Made by a program: the position numbers and the translations under genes
Notes under the pieces: generated by a model
What the model saw: the letters and a program-made list of their open reading frames with translations, nothing else
The model's database searches: none
Told to the model about the DNA's origin: nothing
Shown here: positions 12,682 through 21,823 of the stretch, piece after piece
Position numbering within the stretch: the stretch's first letter is position 1
How the letters are laid out: every line of letters begins with the position of its first letter
DNA from: Rhodobacterales bacterium
GTDB taxonomy: Bacteria > Pseudomonadota > Alphaproteobacteria > Rhodobacterales > Rhodobacteraceae
DNA length: 60,209 bases
Reading direction: 5' to 3'
NCBI GenBank assembly: GCA_038247355.1
Contig: JBBRUZ010000001.1
Coordinates: forward strand, 1-60,209

Positions 12682-13283
12682 CGGCCATCGTATTCGACAT
12701 CGGCAACGTGCTGCTGCGCTGGGACGCGCGGCTGTTGCTGCGCCAGCTTCTGCCGGACGAGGTGGCGGTGGAGGCCTTCGTCGCGGAGGTCGATTTCGAC
12801 GCGTGGAACCTCGCGCAGGACGCGGGGCGCAGCTGGGACGACGGCGTGGCGGCGCTGGCGGCCGCACATCCGCGCCATGCAGCGACGGCGGCGGCGTTTC
12901 ACGCGCGCTGGCACGAAACTGTGCCGGGGCCGGTGCCGGGGTCGGTGGAAATCCTCGACGAACTGGCGCGGGACGGTCTGCCGCTTTATGCGATCACCAA
13001 CTACTCGGCGGAGAAATGGGCGGAGACGCTGCCGCGGTTTCCGTTTCTTGACAGGCGCTTCCGCGACGTCGTGGTGTCGGCGCACGAGCGCGTGACCAAG
13101 CCCGATCCGCGGATCTATGCGATCCTCTGCGATCGGAACGTACTCGATCCCGCCGCCTGCGTGTTCATCGACGACTCGCCGAAGAACGTCGCCGGGGCGC
13201 GCGATTTCGGCATGGACGCGGTGCGGTTCACCAGCGCGCCGGCGTTGGCCGCGGCCCTGCGCGAACGGGGACTGCTCGCATGA
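12678..13283 (+). CDS. HAD-family phosphatase (YihX/sugar-1-phosphatase-like)
   Basis: Motif I VFDIGNVLL, motif II ITN, KPDPRIY and FIDDSPKNV. ATGA overlaps link it to both phnI and phnJ. Confidence 0.88.
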   Translation: MTAIVFDIGNVLLRWDARLLLRQLLPDEVAVEAFVAEVDFDAWNLAQDAGRSWDDGVAALAAAHPRHAATAAAFHARWHETVPGPVPGSVEILDELARDGLPLYAITNYSAEKWAETLPRFPFLDRRFRDVVVSAHERVTKPDPRIYAILCDRNVLDPAACVFIDDSPKNVAGARDFGMDAVRFTSAPALAAALRERGLLA

Positions 13284-14131
13284 GCGCGCCCGCCTACAAC
13301 TTCGCCTATCTCGACGAGCAGACCAAGCGGATGATCCGCCGCGCGCTGCTCAAGGCGGTGGCGATCCCCGGCTACCAGGTCCCGTTCGCCAGCCGCGAGA
13401 TGCCGATGCCCTACGGCTGGGGCACCGGCGGCGTCCAGGTGACCGCCGCGTGTCTGACGCCCGAGGACACGCTGAAGGTCATCGACCAAGGCGCCGACGA
13501 CACCACCAACGCCGTGTCGATCCGCAAGTTCTTCCAGCGCACGGCCGGCGTCGCCACCACCGAGCGCACCCACGACGCAACCATCATCCAGACCCGCCAC
13601 CGCATCCCCGAGACGCCGCTTTCGAGCGGGCAAATCCTCGTCTACCAGGTGCCGATCCCCGAGCCGCTGCGCTTTCTCGAACCGCGCGAGGTCGAGACGC
13701 GGCGGATGCACGCGCTCGAAGATTATGGGCTGATGCACGTCAAGCTTTATGAGGACATCGCGCGCCACGGCGCCATCGCCACCTCATACGACTATCCGGT
13801 GCGCGTCGCGGGTCGCTACGTGGCGGACCCTTCGCCGATCCCGAAGTTCGACAACCCGAAGATGGACGGCTGTCCGGCGCTGCAACTGTTCGGCGCCGGC
13901 CGCGAACAGCGCATCTACGCGATCCCGCCGCACACCCGCGTGGTCAGCCTCGATTTCGACGATCATCCGTTCGAGCCGACCAAGGCGCCAGGCGCCTGCG
14001 CGATCTGCAAATCGACGGGCAGCTATCTCGACGAGGTAATCCTCGACGACACCGGCGGGCGGATGTTCGTCTGTTCGGACACCGACTATTGCGCGGCGCG
14101 CGCGGAGGCCACGAATGACGCCGCTGCTTGA
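13280..14131 (+). CDS. phnJ: C-P lyase PhnJ (glycyl-radical/radical SAM)
   Basis: AIPGYQVPF (catalytic Gly region), YGWGTGG and the CX2CX21CX5C cluster (CAIC...CSDTDYC). Confidence 0.98.
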   Translation: MSAPAYNFAYLDEQTKRMIRRALLKAVAIPGYQVPFASREMPMPYGWGTGGVQVTAACLTPEDTLKVIDQGADDTTNAVSIRKFFQRTAGVATTERTHDATIIQTRHRIPETPLSSGQILVYQVPIPEPLRFLEPREVETRRMHALEDYGLMHVKLYEDIARHGAIATSYDYPVRVAGRYVADPSPIPKFDNPKMDGCPALQLFGAGREQRIYAIPPHTRVVSLDFDDHPFEPTKAPGACAICKSTGSYLDEVILDDTGGRMFVCSDTDYCAARAEATNDAAA

Positions 14132-14885
14132 TGTCCGCGGGCTCACCAAGCGCTATGGCGCCCGGATCGGTTGCGCGGACGTCAGCTTCGAGCTGTGGCC
14201 CGGCGAGGTGCTCGGGATCGTCGGCGAAAGCGGCTCGGGCAAAACGACGCTGCTCGGCTGCCTCGCCGGGCATCTCGCCCCCGACGCCGGCGCGGTGGTC
14301 TTCGACACCCGCGCCGAGGGCCCGCGCGACGTGCGCACAATGACCGAACCCGAGCGGCGGATGCTCGGTCGCACCGACTGGGCCTTCGTCCACCAGAACC
14401 CGCGCGACGGGCTGCGCATGGGCGTGAGCGCCGGCGGCAACGTCGGCGAGCGGCTGATGGCGGTGGGCGCGCGGCACTACGGGCGCATCCGCGGCGCGGC
14501 GCTCGACTGGCTCGACCGCGTCGAGATCGCGGCCGACCGCATCGACGACCGGCCAGCCGCGTTCTCGGGCGGAATGCAGCAACGGCTCCAGATCGCGCGC
14601 AACCTTGTCACCTCGCCCCGGCTCGCGTTCATGGACGAGCCGACGGGCGGTCTCGACGTCAGCGTGCAGGCGCGCCTGCTTGATCTGATCCGCGGCCTGG
14701 TGCGGAGCCTCGGCCTCAGCGCGATCGTCGTCACCCACGATCTTGCGGTCGTGCGCCTGCTCGCCGACCGGCTGATGGTGATGAAGGACGGCCGCGTGGT
14801 CGAGACCGGCCTGACCGATCAGGTGCTCGACGACCCGCAGCACGCCTACACGCAACTGCTGGTCTCCTCGGTGCTGAAGGTGTGA
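14115..14885 (+). CDS. phnK: C-P lyase ABC ATPase PhnK
   Basis: Motifs GESGSGKT, HQNPRDGL, FSGGMQQRLQIARNL and DEPTGGLDVSVQARLLD. Confidence 0.96.
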   Translation: MTPLLDVRGLTKRYGARIGCADVSFELWPGEVLGIVGESGSGKTTLLGCLAGHLAPDAGAVVFDTRAEGPRDVRTMTEPERRMLGRTDWAFVHQNPRDGLRMGVSAGGNVGERLMAVGARHYGRIRGAALDWLDRVEIAADRIDDRPAAFSGGMQQRLQIARNLVTSPRLAFMDEPTGGLDVSVQARLLDLIRGLVRSLGLSAIVVTHDLAVVRLLADRLMVMKDGRVVETGLTDQVLDDPQHAYTQLLVSSVLKV

Positions 14886-14924
14886 CATGACCGGACGAAA
14901 ACGCATGCTCCGAAAGCGCGGCCG

Positions 14925-15890
14925 ATGATCCGCGCCTTCCTGCCCGACGGCGACGGCCTGCGCCTCGCCGGGCCCGGGGACACTGCGAACCCGATCTGGA
15001 TCGATCTCATCAACCCTGACCAGGCGGAACTCGACGCGGCGTCCGGGGCCCACGGCGTCGAAATGCCGACCCGCGCCGACATGGAGGAGATCGAACATTC
15101 GAGCCGGCTGTACATCGAGAACGGCGTCGCTTTCCTCACCGCCACGCTGCCCGAAGGCGCCGACACCGACGACCCGAGCCTCGCGCCCGTCACCTTCGTC
15201 GTCGCCTCCAATCGGCTGATCACCATTCGCCATCACGAGCCGCGGTCCTTCGTCACGTTCCCCGATCAGGCTCACAAAGCGCCCATCGCCTGCACAACGG
15301 TCGACGGCGTGCTGCTCGGTATCCTCGACGCGATCACCGACCGCCTGGCGGACGTGCTCGAACGCGCCAAGCGCGAGATCGACGCGTTGTCGCGCGCCAT
15401 CTTCCGCCGTTCCGAAACCCCGCAAGCCAAATCGAACGGGTTCCAGCATACGCTGGAGCAGATCGGCCGAAAGGGCGACCTCGTCTCGAAGATACGCGAA
15501 TGCCTGACGTCGCTCGAACGGCTGATCGGATTTCTCGGCCAAGTGACGCTGCAACGCAAGTCCGACAAGGACGTGCGCGGTAATATCAAGTCCTTGGCGC
15601 GCGACATTCACTCTCTGATCGAATACACCGAGTTTCTTGCGGACAAGATCACGCTGCTGCTGAACGCTACGCTCGGCATGATCAACATCGAGCAGAGCGG
15701 CATCATCAAAATATTCTCGGTCGCCGCCGTCGTGTTCCTGCCGCCGACACTGATCGCGTCGATCTACGGAATGAACTTCAAGTTCATGCCCGAGCTGTCG
15801 TGGTGGTTCGGATATCCGTTCGCGATCGTCCTGATGATCCTCGCGGCGATCCTCCCGTACCTGTTTTTCAAGCGCAAGGGCTGGCTGTGA
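14925..15890 (+). CDS. corA: CorA-family Mg2+/Co2+ transporter
   Basis: Motifs WIDL, EIEHSSRLY, two C-terminal TM helices with PPTLIASIYGMNF and MPELSW...GYP. Confidence 0.95.
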   Translation: MIRAFLPDGDGLRLAGPGDTANPIWIDLINPDQAELDAASGAHGVEMPTRADMEEIEHSSRLYIENGVAFLTATLPEGADTDDPSLAPVTFVVASNRLITIRHHEPRSFVTFPDQAHKAPIACTTVDGVLLGILDAITDRLADVLERAKREIDALSRAIFRRSETPQAKSNGFQHTLEQIGRKGDLVSKIRECLTSLERLIGFLGQVTLQRKSDKDVRGNIKSLARDIHSLIEYTEFLADKITLLLNATLGMINIEQSGIIKIFSVAAVVFLPPTLIASIYGMNFKFMPELSWWFGYPFAIVLMILAAILPYLFFKRKGWL

Positions 15891-16567
15891 TCGCAGTCAA
15901 AAACGTCGCGAAGCGCTTCACCCTCCACACCCAGGGCGGCGTCAGGCTCGACGTGATGGCCGGCGTCACGCTCCGCGTCGCGGCCGGCGAATGCGTCGCG
16001 CTGACCGGGCCGTCGGGGGCGGGCAAGTCGACGCTGATGCGGATGATCTATGGCAACTACCTTGCGAGCGCAGGGCGCATCAAGATCGGCGGCGTCGAGA
16101 TAACCACGGCCTCGCCGCGCGAGATCATGGCGCTGCGGCGCGTGACGCTCGGCTACGTCAGCCAGTTCCTGCGCATCCTGCCGCGGGTTCCCGCGCTCCA
16201 GGTCGTGGCCGAGCCGCTGCTGGCGCTCGGCGCCCCGGCCGCCGAAGCCGAGGCCCGCGCCGCCGAACTGCTGCGCCGGTTGCGGATCCCGACCGCGCTC
16301 TGGACGCTGTCGCCACTGACGTTCTCGGGCGGCGAGCAGCAGCGCGGCAACATCGCCCGCGGCTTCGTCCATCCCTACCCGGCGCTGCTGCTCGACGAAC
16401 CCACCGCCAGCCTTGACGCCGCAAACCGCGCCACCGTGCTCGATCTGATCGCCGAGGCCAAGGCGCGCGGCGCCGCCATCGTCGGCATCTTTCACGACAT
16501 CGACGCTCGCGCCCGGGTTTGTGACCGCGAGGTCGACCTTGGCGTTCGACCCGGAGAAACCCGATGA
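15887..16567 (+). CDS. phnL: C-P lyase ABC ATPase PhnL
   Basis: Motifs KRFTLH, GPSGAGKS, IYGNY, GYVSQFLR, TFSGGEQQR and VGIFHD. The GTG start overlaps the corA stop. Confidence 0.94.
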   Translation: MIAVKNVAKRFTLHTQGGVRLDVMAGVTLRVAAGECVALTGPSGAGKSTLMRMIYGNYLASAGRIKIGGVEITTASPREIMALRRVTLGYVSQFLRILPRVPALQVVAEPLLALGAPAAEAEARAAELLRRLRIPTALWTLSPLTFSGGEQQRGNIARGFVHPYPALLLDEPTASLDAANRATVLDLIAEAKARGAAIVGIFHDIDARARVCDREVDLGVRPGETR

Positions 16568-17121
16568 ACCAGCGTGGCGCCCTGATCCTCGTCGTCGGCC
16601 CGTCGGGGGCCGGCAAGGACACGCTGATCGCCGCCGCTCAGGCCCGCCGCCCCGACATCCATGTGCCGCGCCGGATCATCACCCGTCCGCCCGAGCCCGA
16701 CGACGAGCCGTCGCACCATCTGAGCGCCCACGCCTTCGAGAGCCTCCGCCAGGCCGGTCGCCTCGCGCTCGACTGGCAGGCGCACGGGCTGCGCTATGGC
16801 CTGCGCGGCGACATCGCCGCGCGGTTGCGCGGCGGCCAGACCGTTCTCGCCAATGTGTCGCGCAGCGTCGTCGCCGCCGCGCGCGCGCGCTACCAGCCCT
16901 GCCGCGTGGTGTTGGTGACGGCCCCGTCGGAGATCCTCGCCGGCCGCCTGGCGCGGCGCGGGCGCGAGGATGCGCCCGCCATCGCCGAGCGGCTCGCGCG
17001 GGCCGGACACCCGCTGCCGCCCGGCCTCGACCTGGTGGTTGTCGAGAATTCCGGCGACCTCTGCGCCGCGCTCGAGCGGTTCATGGCCGTGCTGCCTCCC
17101 GCCCCAGCGTGCGCCGCCTGA
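16564..17121 (+). CDS. phnN: Ribose 1,5-bisphosphate phosphokinase PhnN
   Basis: Motifs VVGPSGAGKDTL, RRIITRP, WQAHGLRYG and NVSR. Confidence 0.94.
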   Translation: MNQRGALILVVGPSGAGKDTLIAAAQARRPDIHVPRRIITRPPEPDDEPSHHLSAHAFESLRQAGRLALDWQAHGLRYGLRGDIAARLRGGQTVLANVSRSVVAAARARYQPCRVVLVTAPSEILAGRLARRGREDAPAIAERLARAGHPLPPGLDLVVVENSGDLCAALERFMAVLPPAPACAA

Positions 17122-17785
17122 GCAGATGAAACCGTCCGTCCGCCGCCTCGCCGAAGACGCACAGGTCCTCGAACGGCGTCGGCGCGGCGAGCGCGCTCGC
17201 GAGCACGGGACGCAGCGCCGCGGCGGTCGCCGCCTGATCCTCGGGCGACAGAGCGCCGGTCAGCGTCAGGTGGAACCGGAAATCCTCAAAAACGTACGGG
17301 TAGCCCCACTCGGCGAGATGTGCCTCCTGCCGCGAGGTCAGGCTCTGCTCGCGGCGCTTCGCGATCTCGCCCGCAAGCGCCGGGGCGCGCAACGGGTCGA
17401 ACGCGGTGACGCAGGCGTCCGCGACGGCGCCGAGCGCTCCGCCCGGCACGGCAGGCGTCAGCGCGAGGAACGGACCGAGCGCGCTCAACTGCATCGGCTC
17501 CGCGAAGGGCGCGAACCGCGCCGCTACCTCCCTGAGGGTCGCCTCGACCGCTTCGGGCGTCGCGCCGTCGGCCAGCCGGAACGGCGCTTTCAGCGTGCCG
17601 TGAAACCCGTACTTGCGCGGGGTCGCCACCAGCTCCGCCCGCGGTCGCGGCAGGCGGTCGACCTCGAGCCCTTCGCAATCGACGCCCCGCTCCGCGTCCC
17701 AGCCGAGCCAGGCCGCGCCGAAGCAGCCCAGAACACTGTCGCGCCGCGGCGCGAAATAGACCGCGTATCGCTGAAAGCCGGCCAT
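17081..17785 (-). CDS. DUF1045 phosphonate-associated protein, 2H phosphoesterase fold
   Basis: Motifs RYAVYFAP, two HxT motifs (YGFHGTLKAPF and FRFHLTLTG) and WGYPYV. RBS GGGAG precedes the start. Confidence 0.88.
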   Translation of the reverse strand: MAGFQRYAVYFAPRRDSVLGCFGAAWLGWDAERGVDCEGLEVDRLPRPRAELVATPRKYGFHGTLKAPFRLADGATPEAVEATLREVAARFAPFAEPMQLSALGPFLALTPAVPGGALGAVADACVTAFDPLRAPALAGEIAKRREQSLTSRQEAHLAEWGYPYVFEDFRFHLTLTGALSPEDQAATAAALRPVLASALAAPTPFEDLCVFGEAADGRFHLLRRRTLGREAARP

Positions 17786-17810
17786 TCGTCGCTCCCTGTC
17801 CGGCGCGGCC

Positions 17811-18977
17811 ATGCCACAGCCTGACGGCGGCGCGCAAGCCGAGACGATCCTCGCCAACGCGACGCTGGTCCTGCCCGGCGAAACCGTGCGCGGCTCCGTC
17901 GTGCTGCGAGGCGGCCTGATCACCGTCGTGGACGCCGGCGCCGCCGTGCCGAGGAACGCCGTCGACTGCGGCGGCGACCTGATCGCACCTGGTCTGGTCG
18001 AGTTGCATACCGACAATCTGGAGCGGCATCTGCTGCCGCGCCCCGGCGTGCACTGGCCTGCGCCCGCGGCGATCGTCGCCCATGACGCCGAACTGGCGGG
18101 CTGCGGCGTCACCACGGTCTTTGACGCGCTGCGCGTCGGCTCGATCCTGACCGGCGGCGGCGGCGGCTACCGCAAGTACGCCCGCGGCGTCGCCACCGCG
18201 ATCCTGGCGCTGCACGGCGCGGGCGCGCTCCGCATCCGCCACCGGCTGCATCTGCGCGCGGAAATCTGTTCGGAGACGCTGGAGGAGGAACTCGCCGAAT
18301 TCGGGCCCGACGACCGAATCGGCATCGTCAGCCTGATGGACCATACGCCGGGCCAGCGCCAGTTCGCCGACGAGGCGAAACACAAGCAATACGTGCAGGG
18401 CAAACACGCGCTGAGCGACGCCGCGTTCGCCGAACACGTCGCGCGGTTGCGGACGCTCAAGGCCGCCAACGGCGCTCGGCACGAGGCGGCGGCGGTCGCG
18501 GAAGCTGCGCGGCTCGGAGCGACCCTCGCCAGCCACGACGACACCACGGCCGAGCAGGTCGAGACCTCCGCCGCGCACGGCGCGCGCATCGCCGAGTTTC
18601 CGACCACGGCGCTCGCCGCGGCGGCCTGCAGGGCGCGCGGCGTCGCTGTGATGATGGGCGCGCCCAACCTGCTGCGCGGCGGCTCCCATTCGGGCAACGT
18701 CGCCGCCGGCGATCTCGCTGCGGCCGGCCTGCTCGACATCCTGTCCTCGGATTACGCGCCAGCGAGCCTGCTGCTCGGGGCGATCAAGCTGGGGCTCGGG
18801 ATCGGCGACATCGCGGCGGGCGTCGCGACCGTCACCGACACGCCGGCCCACGCCGCCGGCCTCGTCGACCGGGGGCGCATCGCGGCGGGCCTGAAGGCCG
18901 ACCTGATCCGTATAAGGCTCGACGGCGACCTGCCGCTGCTGCGCGGAACCTGGGTGGGCGGCGCCCGCGTCGCCTGA
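17811..18977 (+). CDS. phnM: Alpha-D-ribose 1-methylphosphonate 5-triphosphate diphosphatase PhnM
   Basis: Motifs PGLVELHTDNLE, MDHTPGQRQF, ASHDD, MGAPNLLRGGSHSGN and LSSDY. Confidence 0.96.
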   Translation: MPQPDGGAQAETILANATLVLPGETVRGSVVLRGGLITVVDAGAAVPRNAVDCGGDLIAPGLVELHTDNLERHLLPRPGVHWPAPAAIVAHDAELAGCGVTTVFDALRVGSILTGGGGGYRKYARGVATAILALHGAGALRIRHRLHLRAEICSETLEEELAEFGPDDRIGIVSLMDHTPGQRQFADEAKHKQYVQGKHALSDAAFAEHVARLRTLKAANGARHEAAAVAEAARLGATLASHDDTTAEQVETSAAHGARIAEFPTTALAAAACRARGVAVMMGAPNLLRGGSHSGNVAAGDLAAAGLLDILSSDYAPASLLLGAIKLGLGIGDIAAGVATVTDTPAHAAGLVDRGRIAAGLKADLIRIRLDGDLPLLRGTWVGGARVA

Positions 18978-18978
18978 A

Positions 18979-19022
18979 CCGTCACGGAACCGCCGCAAAT
19001 CCGTCAAACTCCCGTTGCGATC
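18979..19022 (+). promoter_or_regulatory. Probable Pho box (PhoB site) upstream of phnD
   Basis: Four tandem 11-bp units CCGTCACGGAA / CCGCCGCAAAT / CCGTCAAACTC / CCGTTGCGATC, matching the CTGTCAT-N4 periodicity of Pho boxes. Confidence 0.65.
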
Positions 19023-19097
19023 TGGCGTTAACGGTCGTGTAGTCCGCGCCCGCCCGGCCCGGAGCAGAATTCCCGTTTCAGCAACCGGAGACACCGT

Positions 19098-20030
19098 ATG
19101 ACCCACCACACCGTTAGATCCGCGCTCGCCCTCGCCCTCGCCACGACCGCGCTTTCACCCGCGATCGCCCAGTCGACCGACTGGTCGACGACGATCCCCG
19201 CGTTCCGCGTCGGCATCCTCGGCGGCGAGAACGAGGCCGACCGGCTGAAGGAGTGGTCGTGCTTTCAGGAGCTCGTCCAGACCGAGCTCGGCGTGCCGGT
19301 CGAGCTTTACCCCGCCTCCGACTATGCCGGCGTCATGCAGGGGCTTCTGGCCGATCAGCTCGAGTATGCCCAGCTCGGCGCTTCGGCCTACGCCGGCATC
19401 CACCTCCAGGACCCCGAAGCTGTAGAGCCGATCGTGACGAACTCGGAGGCCGACGGCAGCCTCGGCTACTACGCGATGATGTACGCCCGCGCCGACAGCG
19501 GCATCACGTCGCTCGAACAGATGGAAGGCAAGTCCCTCGCCTTCGCCGACCCGAACTCGACCTCGGGCTACCTCGTGCCGAACGCCGAGCTGAAACTGCA
19601 GGGCATCGACCCGGAGATCTATTTCAGCCAGACCGGCTTTGGCGGCGGCCATGAACAGGCCGTCGTCGCCGTGCTTCAGGGCCAGTACGACGGCGGCGTG
19701 ACCTGGACGAGCGGCATCGGCGAGAAGGCCGAGGGCTTCTCCCGGGGCAACCTGCGCTCGATGGTCGAGAAGGGCATGCTCGACATGGAGGAACTCAACA
19801 TCATCTGGCAGTCGAGCCTGATCCCGAACGGCCCCGTCGTCATGCGCAACGATTTGCCGGCCGAGTTGAAGGACCAGGTAAAGGCGATGCTCGTCGGCAT
19901 GGCGGAAAGCGACCCCGAGTGCTTCAGCGCGGTTTCGGCGGGCGAAGGCGGCGCGTTCGTGCCGATAGAAGCCGATTTTTATGACGGCGTCATCGAGATG
20001 CGCCGGATGGAGCAGGAAGCCGCGCGCTGA
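19098..20030 (+). CDS. phnD: Phosphonate ABC transporter substrate-binding protein
   Basis: Signal peptide, then [36 protein letters not shown] and IPNGP. Confidence 0.93.
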   Translation: MTHHTVRSALALALATTALSPAIAQSTDWSTTIPAFRVGILGGENEADRLKEWSCFQELVQTELGVPVELYPASDYAGVMQGLLADQLEYAQLGASAYAGIHLQDPEAVEPIVTNSEADGSLGYYAMMYARADSGITSLEQMEGKSLAFADPNSTSGYLVPNAELKLQGIDPEIYFSQTGFGGGHEQAVVAVLQGQYDGGVTWTSGIGEKAEGFSRGNLRSMVEKGMLDMEELNIIWQSSLIPNGPVVMRNDLPAELKDQVKAMLVGMAESDPECFSAVSAGEGGAFVPIEADFYDGVIEMRRMEQEAAR

Positions 20031-20042
20031 CGCAAGGCGGAG

Positions 20043-20070
20043 GGTCCGGTCCGGCCTATCGGACCGGCCC
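20043..20070 (+). other. Intercistronic stem-loop after phnD
   Basis: Inverted repeat GGTCCGGTCC...GGACCGGCC between phnD and phnC. Confidence 0.35.
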
Positions 20071-20091
20071 CGATCCCGAGGGAGGCGCGCC

Positions 20092-20907
20092 ATGCTCGAA
20101 TTCCAGAACCTGAGCAAGCGGTTCGACGACCGCACGGCCGTCCATCCGATTTCGCTCAAGATCCCCAACGGCCAGATGGTCGGCGTCATCGGCCGCTCCG
20201 GCGCCGGCAAATCGACGCTCCTGCGGATGATCAACCGTCTGGGCGAAGCGACGGACGGCCGGATGTTGTTCTCGTCGCGCGACATCACCGCGCTCAGGGG
20301 CCGCGACCTGCTGCGATGGCGCTCGGAATGTGCGATGGTCTTCCAGCAGTTCAACCTCGTCGGTCGGCTCGACGTGCTGACCAACGTCATGACGGGCCGA
20401 CTGCACCACCACGGGTTCTTCTCGGCCATGTTCGGGATCTTCCCGGCGGAGGAACGGGCGTTCGCCATTCGTGCGCTCGACCGGCTCGGCATGGCGCATA
20501 CCGCGCTGCAGCAGGCGGATACGCTGTCGGGCGGCCAGATGCAGCGCGTCGCCATCGCGCGCGCGCTGGCGCAGGAGCCCAAGATAGTGCTCGCCGACGA
20601 GCCGATCGCCTCGCTCGACCCGATGAACGCCAAGGTGGTGATGGACGCGCTGCGCACGATCAACACCGAGGACGGCATCACGGTGATCTGCAACCTCCAC
20701 ACGCTGGACACGGCACGAAACTATTGCGACCGGATCATCGGCATGGCGGAGGGCCGCGTCGTCTTCGACGGCCCCCCGGTCGCGCTCACCGAAGCCAAGG
20801 CCCGCGAGATCTACGGCGCCGAGGCCGGCGAGGCGTTCTCGGAAGGCATGACTTCCACCGCGATCGCCGCGACCGCACCGGCGCGTCCCACAGCCCTCGT
20901 GAACTGA
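20092..20907 (+). CDS. phnC: Phosphonate ABC transporter ATP-binding protein
   Basis: Motifs [43 protein letters not shown] and CNLH. Confidence 0.95.
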   Translation: MLEFQNLSKRFDDRTAVHPISLKIPNGQMVGVIGRSGAGKSTLLRMINRLGEATDGRMLFSSRDITALRGRDLLRWRSECAMVFQQFNLVGRLDVLTNVMTGRLHHHGFFSAMFGIFPAEERAFAIRALDRLGMAHTALQQADTLSGGQMQRVAIARALAQEPKIVLADEPIASLDPMNAKVVMDALRTINTEDGITVICNLHTLDTARNYCDRIIGMAEGRVVFDGPPVALTEAKAREIYGAEAGEAFSEGMTSTAIAATAPARPTALVN

Positions 20908-20911
20908 CGCG

Positions 20912-21823
20912 ATGGCGATGGACCCGGTCGCAGGCGACGCGTTAGCACTTTTCGAGACCCATCGCGCCGACCTGCTGCGCGCGCGCCGCACCCAGACGAT
21001 GATGTTCGCGGGCGGCTTTCTGCTCGCGCTCGGCCTATCGATCTGGGTCTCGCAATTCTACCCCGGCAAACTTGGCCCCGGCGTCCCGCGCATCTTCGAA
21101 TACCTTGCCACCATCACCCCGGATCTGCGGCTCGACGTGCTGTTCGCGGGCCGGGACGCGGCGGGCGACGCCGTGCCCGGCTCGCTCACTTACTGGTACG
21201 TCGACCTGCCCAAGTACCTCGGGTTGCTGGCCGAGACCGTCGCAATGGCCGCCACCGCCACGATGCTCGGCGCCGTCGTCGCCTTCGCGCTGTCCTTTCC
21301 CGCGGCGCGCAACCTAGCGCCGAACCGCTGGCTCTTTGTCGCTTCGCGCCGGCTGCTCGAGCTGTTTCGCGGCATTCCCGAGATCCTGATCGCGCTGATC
21401 CTCGTGTTCATGGTCGGCATCGGCCCGCTCGCCGGCGTGCTCGCGATCGCCCTCCACACCGCCGGCGCGCTCGGCAAGCTGTTCGCGGAGGTCAACGAGA
21501 ACGCCTCGCTGCGGCCGGTCGAGGGCATCCGCGGCGTCGGCGGCGACTGGTTCGACGAAATGCGCTACGGCGTCGTGCCGCAGGTGATCCCGAACTTCAT
21601 CAGCTATACGCTGTTGCGGTTCGAAATCAACGTCCGCGCCTCCTCGATCGTCGGCTTCGTCGGCGCCGGCGGCATCGGCCAGGAACTTTACCACGTCATC
21701 AGCTTTTACTCCGACGACCGCGTTCTCGCCGTGCTGATCCTCATCGTGGCGATGGTCACGGTCATCGACCTGATCTCGGAGCGTTTCCGCATCCGCTTCA
21801 TCGGACGCGAGGCGTTCGTGTGA
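20912..21823 (+). CDS. phnE: Phosphonate ABC transporter permease
   Basis: Motifs GIGPLAGVLA, GALGKLFAE and RFEINVRASSIVGFVGAGGIG. Confidence 0.93.
   Translation: MAMDPVAGDALALFETHRADLLRARRTQTMMFAGGFLLALGLSIWVSQFYPGKLGPGVPRIFEYLATITPDLRLDVLFAGRDAAGDAVPGSLTYWYVDLPKYLGLLAETVAMAATATMLGAVVAFALSFPAARNLAPNRWLFVASRRLLELFRGIPEILIALILVFMVGIGPLAGVLAIALHTAGALGKLFAEVNENASLRPVEGIRGVGGDWFDEMRYGVVPQVIPNFISYTLLRFEINVRASSIVGFVGAGGIGQELYHVISFYSDDRVLAVLILIVAMVTVIDLISERFRIRFIGREAFV

Noticed and set aside
16321-16360. PhnL inactivation (RGNIAR instead of RVNIAR)
   Set aside because: A single substitution next to the signature. Walker A/B and the H-loop are intact, so no loss of function can be claimed.
17082-17813. 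Invertible DUF1045 cassette flanked by the inverted repeat CATGGCCG / CGGCCATG
   Set aside because: The repeat is short and GC-rich, there is no recombinase nearby, and inversion would remove the DUF1045 stop and fuse it to phnN.
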